From Leucoraja erinacea (Eukaryota), in assembly GCF_028641065.1 (NCBI RefSeq), contig NC_073382.1:57412001-57476000 (forward strand): a stretch of DNA of 64,000 nucleotides, given 5' to 3'. The notes beneath the pieces are model-generated. The model worked only from the letters and a program-made list of their open reading frames with translations. It was not told the origin of the DNA and did not search any database. Of the stretch, positions 36,501 to 47,870 are shown piece by piece. The number at the start of each line of letters is the position of its first letter. Position 1 is the first letter of the stretch. The translations under genes were made by a program, and so were the position numbers.

Positions 36501-37460
36501 TCTAAGAACAACAACACATGGAAAAACATGAAGGATTACATACATTTTATGATCAACTAGGCAGGAGTAATTTTCTGTGTGTTGTGTTAAAGTTGAGAAT
36601 TAAGTAATTTATTTTTAATCTATTCCTTAGTCCACAGGCTTAGTGTAAGCCCACCATTAGCCAAAGAATAAAAAAAACAGAGGCAGAGAAATGATATTTT
36701 TTACAGAAGCATTAAGTGTAAGCCTGTCTATTTTATCTGTGGAGCAGAAGAGAATCCTGAACAGATGAGGTGGCCTATCAGTTGCATTGTATAACTTGCG
36801 GACAGCACAGTTGCTGACTGTAATGGATACACTGTGGCTTTGGAAATGCATGCCACTGTGAAGATTCCAGAAAATTATCTTGGAAATTACTCATTCTGTG
36901 CATTGTAATGCAGCCCCACGCAGCATAAATCCACACCCAACAGAGTCTCAGCGACATCTGTTGAAATTTTACGTGTAACATTGTTGGCATCAAATGGATC
37001 ATTGAATTTGTAAAAGCAATTGATTTCCAGGCTATGGTAGAATAACCTCCATATAAATCTTTATCATTTATATTAAAATGCGTGCTTGAGTCTTTTTAAC
37101 TGTAGGATAACTTGTTCAATGTTTTAAACAGCCTTTCAGCCCTTTTTATTTTATTGGCTACGTTTTAAATTAACAGCAGTAACATTACATTTTGATGATC
37201 ATTTTCTCTTTTAAGACAATTTCTTATTAAAGTAAGAAATGGAAACTCAAAATTGGTTACTGGGAATTCATTGGTTTCCTATGAGGAAGCATGATGGACA
37301 AGTAATCAAATTTTATCTTTATACTCAACATGATCGCATGAATTTGAAATATAAGCCAACACATATTTATGATGAATTTAATGGGACTTTTCAGTTATCA
37401 GTTTCATTATATATAAATTATTTATACATGAGCAGCCTGTGTTTATAAAATGGCAACAAT
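33540..37460. promoter_or_regulatory. Repeat-free AT-rich island, candidate conserved non-coding/enhancer block
   Basis: ~3.9 kb with no recognisable TE in a window otherwise hit every few hundred bp; many TAAT/ATTA and ACAAT/ATTGT words. Function is inference. Confidence 0.3.
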
Positions 37461-37741
37461 AATATTTGGATTTATGTATGGGTTTACCATATTGTTAAAC
37501 GGCCTAAAACACTTCTTAGAAACAATTATTTTGAAATCCAGTGACTATTGTTATGTAGTCAAGCAAAGACATCAATCTTGACCTGTAATATGCCACTGAA
37601 GTGAATGATCAGTTGCTTTGATTTATTTCATGGTTATTGATTGAGCAAGACATTTTGGAAGGAAATTTCTATTGCTTTTTTTAATGATAAAAAAAAATCT
37701 TCCAAGAAACAATGCCAAAACACACACCAAAATGTTTGTCT

Positions 37742-38062
37742 TTAAGTTAGAGATACAACATGGAGACAGGACCTTCTGCCCAACAAGTCCATGCTAACCA
37801 TCAATCACTCATTCACACTAGTACTATGTTATCCATGTTCTCACCCACTTCTGGCACATTAAGAGCAATTTACAGTGGCCAAATAATCTACAAACCCACA
37901 CGTCTTTGGGCTGTGGGAGAAAACCGGAACAGCAGGAAGAATTCCATGCGGACACAGGGAGAACTTGCAAACTCCACACACACAGCACCCGAGGTCAAGA
38001 TCGAACCCGAGTCTCCAGCGCTGTGAGGCAGCAGCTCTACCAGCTGTGCCACTGTGCTGCCA
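37742..38062 (-). mobile_element. HE1-like SINE
   Basis: GATCGAACCC (B-box reverse complement); GTGCCACTGTGCTGCC head. Confidence 0.85.
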
Positions 38063-38264
38063 TTGACAGGAGGATGGTTATACCTATTTGATCTTGTATT
38101 TTTCCAAAGGCTCCCTTTTATATGGAAGGATTCAGAAAGTACTCCTCACAATATTTAACATGCACCTGACCAGACAGAGATGGATATAGATTCATATGTG
38201 CCTGGTAAATGCACATTTAAGTAGCTGGCATTAAAAATATTCAATGGTTTTGAGGGAAAAAGGG

Positions 38265-39740
38265 AGGCTCTGGAGGCCAAGTCAGTGGATATTTTTAAAT
38301 TCCATATTTATTTTAAATATGAATAAATTCGTGATTAGTATAGGTGTCAGGGGTTATGGGGAGAAGGCAGGAGAATGGGGTTGAGAGGGAAACATAGATC
38401 AGCCATGATTGAATGGCAGAGTCGACTTGATGGACTGAATGGCCTAATTCTGCTCATGTAACTTATGAACTCATGTATAGACATCAAGCAAGTAAATGAA
38501 TTTAGTTCAAGGGACTTTTCTGAATAAAGCTTAATTTAGCGTTGATACATTTAATGAAATCTCCACAGATTGCACTGACATTCCCCGTAATCTGCAATGG
38601 TTTATCTACTTCATAAGTAGAATTATATGATCAATTGTTTTGACACTAAAGGCCATTCAGCCCACTAATTCCATGTTGACTCCTGGGGAATACCTCCATC
38701 AATTGCACTCCCACCATCACCCACATTCCCCACAGATCTGATTGATTCTACTTCCACCAGCACTGCAAGCAATGAGTTTCAATTCATAACTACATCCCAG
38801 ACATTAACAAAAAACTTTCCTTCATACTTCCCTTGTATCTCGTAGCCAACATTTTTATCTATGTTCCCAGTTCTACTAATCGAAAAATCTGAACAGCTTC
38901 TCCCTTCATGACCAAAATTGGTTATGATTTTGCACATCTCTAGAATGGGCAGCACAGAGGTGCAGCTAGTAGGGCTCCAATCTCACAGAGCCAGAGACCC
39001 AAGTTCGATTATGACCTCAGGTGCTGGCTGTGTGGAGTTTGAGCGTTCTCCCTGTGACCATGTGGGTTTTATCCGGGTGCTCCGGTTTCCTCCCCTATCC
39101 TAAGGACATGCAGGTTTGTAGGATGATTGCCCCTACTAGGGAGTGGGTGAGGAAGTGGGATAACATAGAACTAATGTGAACGGGTGAACCATGGTCGGCT
39201 CCGATTCATTGGGCAAAGGGCCTGTTTTCACGCTACAGCTTTCAATCAATCAAAATGACAATCCCAGGTTCTATTATATAAACTTGTAGCTGAATTTCAC
39301 CGTTCCTGAAAACATTGTAATAATCGTTTTGAATTCATGTTCCAGAATCATCGTAAAAATAGGTGACCAGAATTGGATGCAGTACTCTAATTGTTCTCAA
39401 AGTTTGACATAACCTCTCTGTATTTGCACTTCATGGCTCTATTAATATATACCCCAGGATTCCATATGCCCTACTAACTACTTTTTCAACATGCCCTGCC
39501 TTTCAAAGCTTTATCTACGTTATTTTTATCTACATATTTTTCCCTCTCTGTTTCTCCATGTCCTTTACAACAATGCTGCTTAGTCTTTGTTATCTCTCCA
39601 TATCTTTCAGCCAAAGTGTACCGCTTCACAGTTCTCCGCAGTAATTTCATTAGCCATTTTTAAGCCCATTCTGACATCCTTTGTTGCCTGTTATCGGTCT
39701 CCTCGTTTATTATTCACAATGTGGAAATATGTGTACATTT
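38265..39740. mobile_element. CR1 tail (+, 38265-38475), old decayed CR1 (-, ~38620-39740) and nested SINE (+, 38946-39253)
   Basis: CR1 tail motifs; GGTGACCAGAATTGGATGCAGTACTC (reverse of EYCIQFWSP); SINE head and tail. Confidence 0.7.
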
Positions 39741-40222
39741 TTGTCAATCGCTGTCAGGGATAAGGCATCATCCTGATTCTGGCCAAATAACCAAGAAATA
39801 AAAGATTTAGACTTTAGACCACTTTACTTTAGATATCTAGCATGGAAACAGGCTCCTTGACCAATCAAGTCCACACCCACCAGCGATCACCCCGTGTTCT
39901 AAGGACAATTTACAAAAGCTGATTAACCAACAATCCTGTGCGTCTTTGAAGTGTGGGAGTGGAGGAGGAAGAAGAAAAGATGGAGAGAGGAGTAGCAGGA
40001 CCAAGCCTGGTGGGTAATAGGATGATATAGGTGAGCGGGGGGAGGGTGGGTTGATATGCAGGTGATCCGGTGGCGCCATGGCGCCATGCTTTAGCTCCGC
40101 TCCTGAAAATGCACTAAAAAGCGCTAAAAACCCTGAAAGAGGAATGGGACAGATTTAACAACACTCACCGGGAGATACCAGACGAAATCGCTGCAAACTG
40201 ACGGGGACACCGGTATTTCTAA

Positions 40223-41264
40223 ATGAACAAACGGAATTTACCGACGCTGCCCCAGGCAAGACCACTAACCAGACTGTGGGTCGCTCAAGATTTGGAGAAA
40301 AGAACACATCAAACAACTCCTGAAGAATCTGAGGAGGAAACTGAAGGACAAAGATTTATTGCTGCTATGGAAGGAAAAGTAAAAGAACAAGAACAATCTT
40401 TAAAAGAAGCTGTGACAAAGGACTTTGATGAGATTCTGAATAAGGAGCTTTCCAAGCTGTCTACTCAGCTGGGAAAGTTAGAAACAAGAATGGATGCCAG
40501 GAACAATAATATTTATGATAGAATTAGCATTCTACAGGATCGTGTTGAAGAAGTAGATACCGATTTAAGAGAAGAAATTAAACGGGTTGAAGAAGATTTC
40601 AGTAAAAAGCTGGAGCCCGTTCTCCTTACTTCAACAGAACAAAACAAAGCTATTAATAGATCTGGAAACTACAACTATGGACATGTCTGAAGCGATGCAA
40701 AGAATGAAAGAAGATCTAGACCGAGTTTCTGGGCAACTGGCCAGAATGACCGACAAATGCCTTGATCTTGAAGCCCGGTCCACACTGCAAAACTAAAGAA
40801 TTGTTGGAGTGAAAGAAGGGAAGGAAACTGGAATAGACCCTCGGGTTTTCACTGCCAACTTACTTCAACAAGTATTCAGTCTGTCTGTAAGACCCAAAGT
40901 AGATGCTGCACATCGAGTTCAGAGAGCACACTCAGGGGTCGGAGCTCCACCAAGACAGATTATCCTGAAACTTAACGACATAGCAGTTCTTGAAGACATT
41001 ATGAAGAAAGTGCAAATTGGAAAAAACCTGATGTTCGAAGGAGAAAGTGTAAGATTCTTCAGAGATTACCTGGCAGAGGTGGTGAAGAAACATGCCCTTT
41101 TTACAAAGACCCGGCTGATTCTTAAAGGAATCCCAAACCTGAGATATGGAATAATATATCCTGCCAAACTGAAGGTCACATATAATGACTCGGAGCGTTT
41201 CTTTACTGATCCTGAAGCAGCATTCAAATACGCACATGACTTAAAAAAGGACACTAAAGGATAA
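40223..41264 (+). pseudogene. L1 ORF1p (coiled-coil + RRM + CTD), frameshifted with an internal stop
   Basis: Heptad-rich region, then DLEARS..QN*RIVGVKEG, AHRV....PPRQIILKL, RFFRDY and YGIIYPAKLKV. Confidence 0.9.
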
Positions 41265-42436
41265 GTAAAATGCTACGGCTTTGCTGATTTTGTGGATTAA
41301 ACTACATGTTTAATGTATACCTTTTATATATATATTTATGTGGTAGATTGAGAGAATATGCTTCTTTACATAAAAAGATAAACAAAAGTTGCAGATAAGA
41401 TGGCCGACTAACTCGCACGTGCTAACGTCTAGATACCTTAACAGGGATGGATTGGAACGCAAGCGGATGGAATGTTCAAGGCCGTCGTGTTTACTAAAGA
41501 AAAATTCAAGAAACTGGAATTATGCAATATAGAAAACAAAAATTAAAAGGAGCGGAATGTAATAATCTACTAACAAATTATATGATCAATTATATCACTA
41601 ACATAAATAATTGTACTAAATCATTTATTTTAACCTAAAATGTAATATCATAACCGAATAATGATTAATTCCTCTTTAAAGCTAACACTGAATAATCTCA
41701 AGATGTATGACCTCTAGTTAAGGTTCATTGTTTCGGTATATATCAAAAATATGGTTAATCGATTTGTGTGGGCAAATTTCCCGAAAGGGTCAGGCCAAAC
41801 AGACAGAGAATCATCCAAGCTCGTAAGGAGCCAGTAAAAGACAGACTGAGATGAACCTGGCAGGCAGCCAAGACGCGGATCCAAGACTTAGTTCTCAGTT
41901 AACCCCTTCCAGCCAGATGATCCTTACTTAAATATGACAATTATTAATAAGTTTAAAAAAAAGTTTTTTCTTTTAAATTAAATGCAGCATTTAAATAGTA
42001 AATATCTATTTAGTTTAACCTATTAGATGAATTACTTATAGTACATGCTTGGCTGTTTTTTCTGCGAATATATTATCCGGTTCTGGCCTGTTCGTTCTCT
42101 TCCATAATACTAGTTTGTAAGGAGCGGAGCTAAATGTAATCTACATCTATGGAAGGTAACCCAAATTCTTCCACCATTCGGTGGTTTCACACAGTATTTC
42201 TAAATACTGTTTTTTCATATTATTTATGTTATTTAGCACCTTTTTTGCTTTTTCTCTATACGGCACCTTTCTTTGGGATATACCTACAGAGTTTAAAAAC
42301 TGGGAGCACCCACCCAGCACCCAGAAGGTTGAGTTATTGTGTTGCACCATCTGAAATAAAGAAACCAATGTAGGTTACAATGCAAGATGACCCTCTAAAG
42401 AAAACTGGAGGAATTACGTTTTGTAGCTGGAATATT

Positions 42437-42554
42437 AGATGAGAAAAACATTTTTCACAGAGATGAGAAAAACATTTTTCACAGAGATGAGAAAAACATT
42501 TTTCACAGAGATGAGAAAAACATTTTTCACAGAGATGAGAAAAACATTTTTCAC
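42437..42554 (+). repeat. 24-bp perfect tandem repeat x5
   Basis: AGATGAGAAAAACATTTTTCACAG head-to-tail, with no spacers. Confidence 0.97.
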
Positions 42555-42794
42555 ACAGAGAGTGGTAAATCTCAGGAACTCTCTGCCACAGAAGGTAGTT
42601 GAGGCCAGTTCATTGGCTATATTTAAGAGGGAGTTAGATGTGGCCCTTGTGGTTAAAGGGATCAGAGGGTATGGAGAGAAAGCAGGTACAGGATACTGAG
42701 TTGGATGATCAACCATGATCATATTGAATGGCAGTGCAGGCTCGAAGGGCCGAATGGCCTACTCCTGCACCTATTTTCTATGTTTCTGTGTTTC
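42439..42794 (+). mobile_element. CR1 3' fragment inserted in the L1 endonuclease
   Basis: FFTQRVVNLRNSLPQKVV and (TTTCTATG)-type tail; TATTAG at 42433-42438 and 42795-42800. Removing it restores SWNIRG. Confidence 0.92.
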
Positions 42795-45653
42795 TATTAG
42801 GGGTGCTAATGAGCCAATCAAAAGGGGTAAAATTCTTGCACAATTAAAATCACTCAATGCCGACATAATATTTTTACAGGAAACACATCTTAAAGTCCAA
42901 GCTCAGACCAGGCTGAAGGCCAATTGGATCGGTCAAAAATATCACCACCTATCTCTCTAAATCCAGAGGTACTGCAATTATAATCTGTAAGGGCATACCA
43001 TTTAAACATAAAAAACACCATTGCAGACAAAGAGGGGAAGTATGTCATAGTCTCTGAGGAGATACATTCTACCCCACTTACCATGGCAAATATTTATGCT
43101 CCTAACTTTGATAACCCACAATTTTTTAACAAAATCTTGAATATAATTTCTGAGTCCACTCAGCAAAATGTGATAATCGGGGGAGATTTCAATTGTGTTT
43201 TGGATCAATACCTCGATAAATCTGCCCAACAAAAGAGACATAATATAAAATCAAAATCCAGTGATACGTATTTAAAAAATACAAATACAACAGACGTATG
43301 GAGGATTGCAAACCCTGCCGGAAGAGAATACTCCTACTCATCAGTACATAAAATCTATACACGTATTGACTAGTTCCTAGTGGACACTAAATTAATACCC
43401 TTCACAACTAATCTTAAACACCATAATAGTATCATTTCCGATCATTCTCCACTAACCTTCTCCTTAAAACTAGAAGGAATGTTTAATAAAAAATCATTCT
43501 GGAGGTTTAATCCACAAATACTAAATAATCCGGACTGTTGTAAATAATTAAAACAACAGATGGAACTCTTTTTTGAGACCAATGATACCCCAGACATCTC
43601 ACCCTCCCTATTACGGGCATCTTTTAAGGCTTTTATTAAAGGTTCTATCATTTCATATCAAGCTAATCAAAATAATAAGAATAGGACGGAACAATTGCAA
43701 CTAGAAGAACAGATCAGCCAACTTGATTTAGAGAACGCGATAGATCCAACTATAGATAAACACAACAAGATAGCAATATTGAAATTTAAACTAAACCAAA
43801 TTTTATTTGCAAGAGTTATTAGATTATTTTAAATTACAAAGGAAAATTTCGAATTCGGTGACAAACCACAAAAACTTTTAGCACGCCAGCTGAGAAAAGT
43901 TGAAAAGGACCAGACTATTCTAAAAATTAAATCAGATAAAGGTGAACTGTTAACGCTTCCAAAAGACATTAATGAAAGATTTGCCCAATTTTATCAAAAC
44001 TTATACACATTCAAAACATCAATAGAAAGCAGAAAAATTACAAACTTTCTGGGCAAATGTAAACTTCCAACACTTAATCCGTTGGAACAAGACGAATTAG
44101 GAGCACAGATTTCAATTAAAGAACTAGAAGAGACAATCAATTCACTGAAGAACGGTAAAACACCAGGACCAGACGGGTTCAGTAATGAATTTTATAAAAG
44201 ATTTTACGAGGTAATTTCCCCACGTTTACACAATCTTTATACATACGCATTTAATGAACAGACATTACCACAAACACTAGCTGGATCAACTATCACACTT
44301 ATACCCAAAAAAGATAAAGATCTAGAAGACCCGGGATCATACAGAGCAATCGCCCTGCTAAATACAGATCAGAAAATACTAGCGAAAACTTTGGCAAGAA
44401 GATTAAGTAAATACGTTAATAAATTAATACACTCGGATCAAACGGGGTTTATACCCGAGAGACATTTGTTTAATAATTTGAGATGCCTTTTTAACATAAT
44501 GTACTCACACAGAACTAAAGAAGACATCAATTATTTCATTAGATGCAGAAAAAAATTTGATCAAGTAGAATGGAAATAGCTTTTCACAGTACTGCAAAAA
44601 TTTCAGTTGGAAGAGAATTTTATTTCATGGATAAAATTATTATATGATAGGCCTACTGCCAGAATACTGACCAACCACATACTTTCTCCGAAATTTCAGC
44701 TATCATGGGGCAATAGACAGGGATGTGCATTATCACCCCTGTTGTTTGCCCTTGTGATTGAACCCTTAGCAGAAAGTATAAGAGTACATCTGAACAATCA
44801 TGGTTATAATACTAAACACTCCAATAATAAAATATCATTATATGCAGATGATGTATTATTATATATCACCAATTCACAAGTTAGCATTCCAAATATATTA
44901 AAATTTATAGAGGAATTCGGTTCCTTTTCAGGATATAGAAAAAACTGGAACAAAAGAGAAATTATGGCAATAAAACCTCAAGAGCTGACACACCTTTTAA
45001 AATTCCCTTTCAGAATTGCTACAGAGAAATTTAAATATCTGGGTGTTCAGGTAACCAGAAAATATACTTCTTTATTCAATGCAAACTTCCCGCCTTTAGT
45101 TACTAAATTAAACGCTCTTATTCAATTCTGGAAAACACTTCCGATGTCTCTAATAGGCAGAATGAATGCTATAAAAATGAACTTCCTCCCACAAATTCTC
45201 TATTTATTTCAATCAATACCGATATACCTACCTAAAAGTTTTAAACAAATCTTGATTCTCGGATTACAAACTTTATCTGGGATTATAAAACACATAGAAT
45301 TCATAAACGACATCTATGCAAACCGAAAATCAACTTTTAAACTAAGAAATTTATTTCTTCTTTCACCAATAGCTAATAACCCTTTGTTTAAGCCATCTAT
45401 TATGGATAAATCGTTTACTTATTGGGAAAGACTAGGAATTAAAAACTCGGAGATCTCTACGAGATGGGAAATCTCCTGACATTTCAGAAATTACAGTCGA
45501 AATACAATCTGAAAGGTAATCAATATTTTAGATATCTTCAAATTCGAGATTATTTGAAGATATACTCATGACTATCAAACTCTGCTGCCAGATATATTAG
45601 ACGAAAGTATGAATAGAAACTCAGAGTCAAACAACCTAACATCATACATGTAT

Positions 45654-46488
45654 GATGTTCGGTAGGCGGCGCGACTCTGGTCAGCAGCGGCCTCTGCAGC
45701 CTGTCCGCGTTTTTATTATTTTTTGTCTGTGTTTTTATGTAGTTTTTGTTATTTTATGTTGGGGTGTGTGCACTCCCTGCACTGGAGACCCGACCTTTTC
45801 TCGTCGGGTCTCAGCTGTCGTTGGGGCCGCAACGAGGAGCGGCCTCCAACAGGAAGAAGCCGGGGACTCAGGTGCCGACTCACCGTCACCGTCGCGGAGC
45901 TGGCCGAGACCGGAGCGGGTGGAGCGGTGGAGGAGCGTTGCCGCTGCCCGCTGCTGCTGCTGCTGCTGCTGCTGCTGCCGCTGCTGCTGCTGCTGAGTCG
46001 GAGGCTGCTGCTGCGGGTCTGCGGACGGCGGCACCGGGAGCCCGCGGATCCCTGGAGGGAGACCGCTTTTCGGGGCTCCTGCAACGGCGACTTCTCCCGC
46101 CCGAGTTGCGGGGTCGAAGAGCTCCTGGAGCGGGGCTTAGCATCACTGCCCCGCGCGGCTTGGAATGCGGGACTTTGCGAGCGCACACCGGGGGCTCCAA
46201 CATCAAGACCCGGTGTGCGACCTTGCATCACCCGGCGTGGCTTTAATGGCCGCGGGACAATCGCCATCGCCAGCCGGGGGCTTTGACTTTGACTCTGACA
46301 TCGGGAGGGAGAGAGTGCAGTGGAGAGATAAGTTTATTTGGCCTTCCATCACAGCTATGTGATGGATGTTTATGTAAAATGTAATTATGTTGTGTCTGGG
46401 GTCTATTTGTGTGTAATGTATGGCTGCAGAAACGGCATTTCATTTGGACCTCCAGGGGTCCAAATGACAATTAAATATACTCACTCTT
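45654..46488 (+). mobile_element. GC/CpG-rich non-autonomous retroposon with Rex/Babar-like tail, inserted in L1 ORF2
   Basis: The empty site TCATACTTGTAT|AATACCCTTCT is visible in the other L1 copy (~16460-16485, -). Contains (CTG)n at ~45943-46013 and a 3' hairpin at 46441-46466. Confidence 0.8.
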
Positions 46489-47444
46489 AATACCCTTCTA
46501 AGTATAGAAATTCCATTGTCAGGCTGGGAAGAGGAACTAGGCCTAAAAATTTCCAAAGACAGATGGGAAAAAAATATTTTATTTATACATAATTGGTCGA
46601 CTAATGTTAGACACATTTTAATCTAATTTAAAACACTGCACAGACTCTACTACTCAAAGACTAAACTGAATAAGTTGTTTTCAAATGTTTCTCCTATTTG
46701 TGACAATTGTCTCCTTCAAGAAGCAACTATAACACATTCCTTTGCCTCTTGCATAAAACGACCTAACTTTTGGAAAGGAATTTTTGAAATTTTCTCAAAA
46801 ACATTAAATACAAAACTGGACCCCCATACGGAACTGATTATTTTCAGAACATCAGAAGCCTGCCCTGAGCTATCAATATTTCAAAGACGTTTCCTTAATT
46901 ATGGCCTGATAACGGCAAAAAATATTATATTTAAATTTTGGAAAAATACATCTGCCCCTACTCTTAAAATGTGGATTACAAACATGTCTGAGATGCTACA
47001 TCTTGAAAATATGAGACTTGTCTGAGCAGGAAAACCAGAGCAATTTTCGAAGACATGGATTCTATTCATTGATTTATTACAAGGATAGTATGGTGCAACA
47101 CAACTTCGGAATTAAACCGATTACGGGTTGGGTGATGGGTAGGGAGAGATATGAAGCAGGTATATCATCACTTTTTGTTTTTCTTTCTGTTTTTGTCTTT
47201 TTATTTCTTTACGTTTTTCTAATTTTTTTTCCTTACTCACTCTTCGACTACACCTATTTGGTATTCTAGGGGTTCTATTCTTACACATTCATTTTCTCTT
47301 TCATTTTCTCTCTTTCTTGCTTTTTCTCTCTTTTTCTATTTCATCTTAGCTAAAAATTAAAATTGAAGCGGTACAATAAATGTATTATGTCATACGCCTC
47401 AGTTTATACTTTTGTACCCTGCTTCTAATTAAATTTTTTTTTTT

Positions 47445-47870
47445 TTACAGAAGCCAATTAACCTACTAATCTGCACGTCTTTGGAGCGTGGGTGGAAACC
47501 TGTGCATCCGGAGAAATCCCATGCATTGACAGGGACAATGTACAAACTCCATACAGACAGCACCCACAGTCAGGATCGAACCCGTTTCTCTGGTGCTGTA
47601 AAGCAGCAACTCTACTGCGGCGCCAATTCAGAGAGTAGTTTACAAAAGAAGACACCAAATGCTGGAGTAACTCAGTGGGTCTGGAGAACATGAAAGGTGA
47701 CATTTTGGATTGGGACCCTTCTTCAGACTGATTGTAGTGGGGGGGGGGGGGGGGGGGGAGGAAGAAAAGATGGAGAGAGGAGTAGCAGGACAAAGCCTGG
47801 CAGGTAATAGGATGATATAGGTGAGAGGGGGGAGGGTGAGTTGATAGGTAGATGGTCGACAAAAGCTATG
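47445..47870 (-). mobile_element. SINE 5' half plus Penelope-derived terminal unit with purine-rich extension
   Basis: GGATCGAACCC, then ATGCTGGAGTAACTCAG...GACCCTTCTTCAGACTG and a G run. Confidence 0.7.

Larger units (their letters stand above)
42379..47090 (+). pseudogene. L1 ORF2p (endonuclease-reverse transcriptase), disrupted
   Basis: TFCSWNI|RGAN...FLQETH, NIYAPN, IGGDFN, RID, SDHSP, PGPDGF, QGCALSP, LYADD, KYLG and CDNC...THSF..C, with many stops and frameshifts. Confidence 0.93.
40061..47432 (+). mobile_element. Near-full-length L1-clade LINE (inactive)
   Basis: GC-rich 5' UTR, ORF1, ~1.1-kb inter-ORF spacer, ORF2 (APE endonuclease, RT, Cys-rich C-terminus) and pyrimidine-rich 3' UTR. 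Two nested insertions. Confidence 0.95.

Noticed and set aside
42437-42554. CRISPR-like array of 24-bp repeats
   Set aside because: Repeats are contiguous with no spacers, derive from the CR1 3' region (MRKTFFT), and the DNA is eukaryotic with no cas genes.
45652-46362. PolyQ/polyA/polyC/polyL ORFs
   Set aside because: All frames of one (CTG)n tract inside a GC-rich insertion in L1; no domain.
40223-47090. Active L1 or domesticated RT gene
   Set aside because: Multiple frameshifts, stops, a deletion and two nested insertions; no intact RT ORF anywhere in the window.
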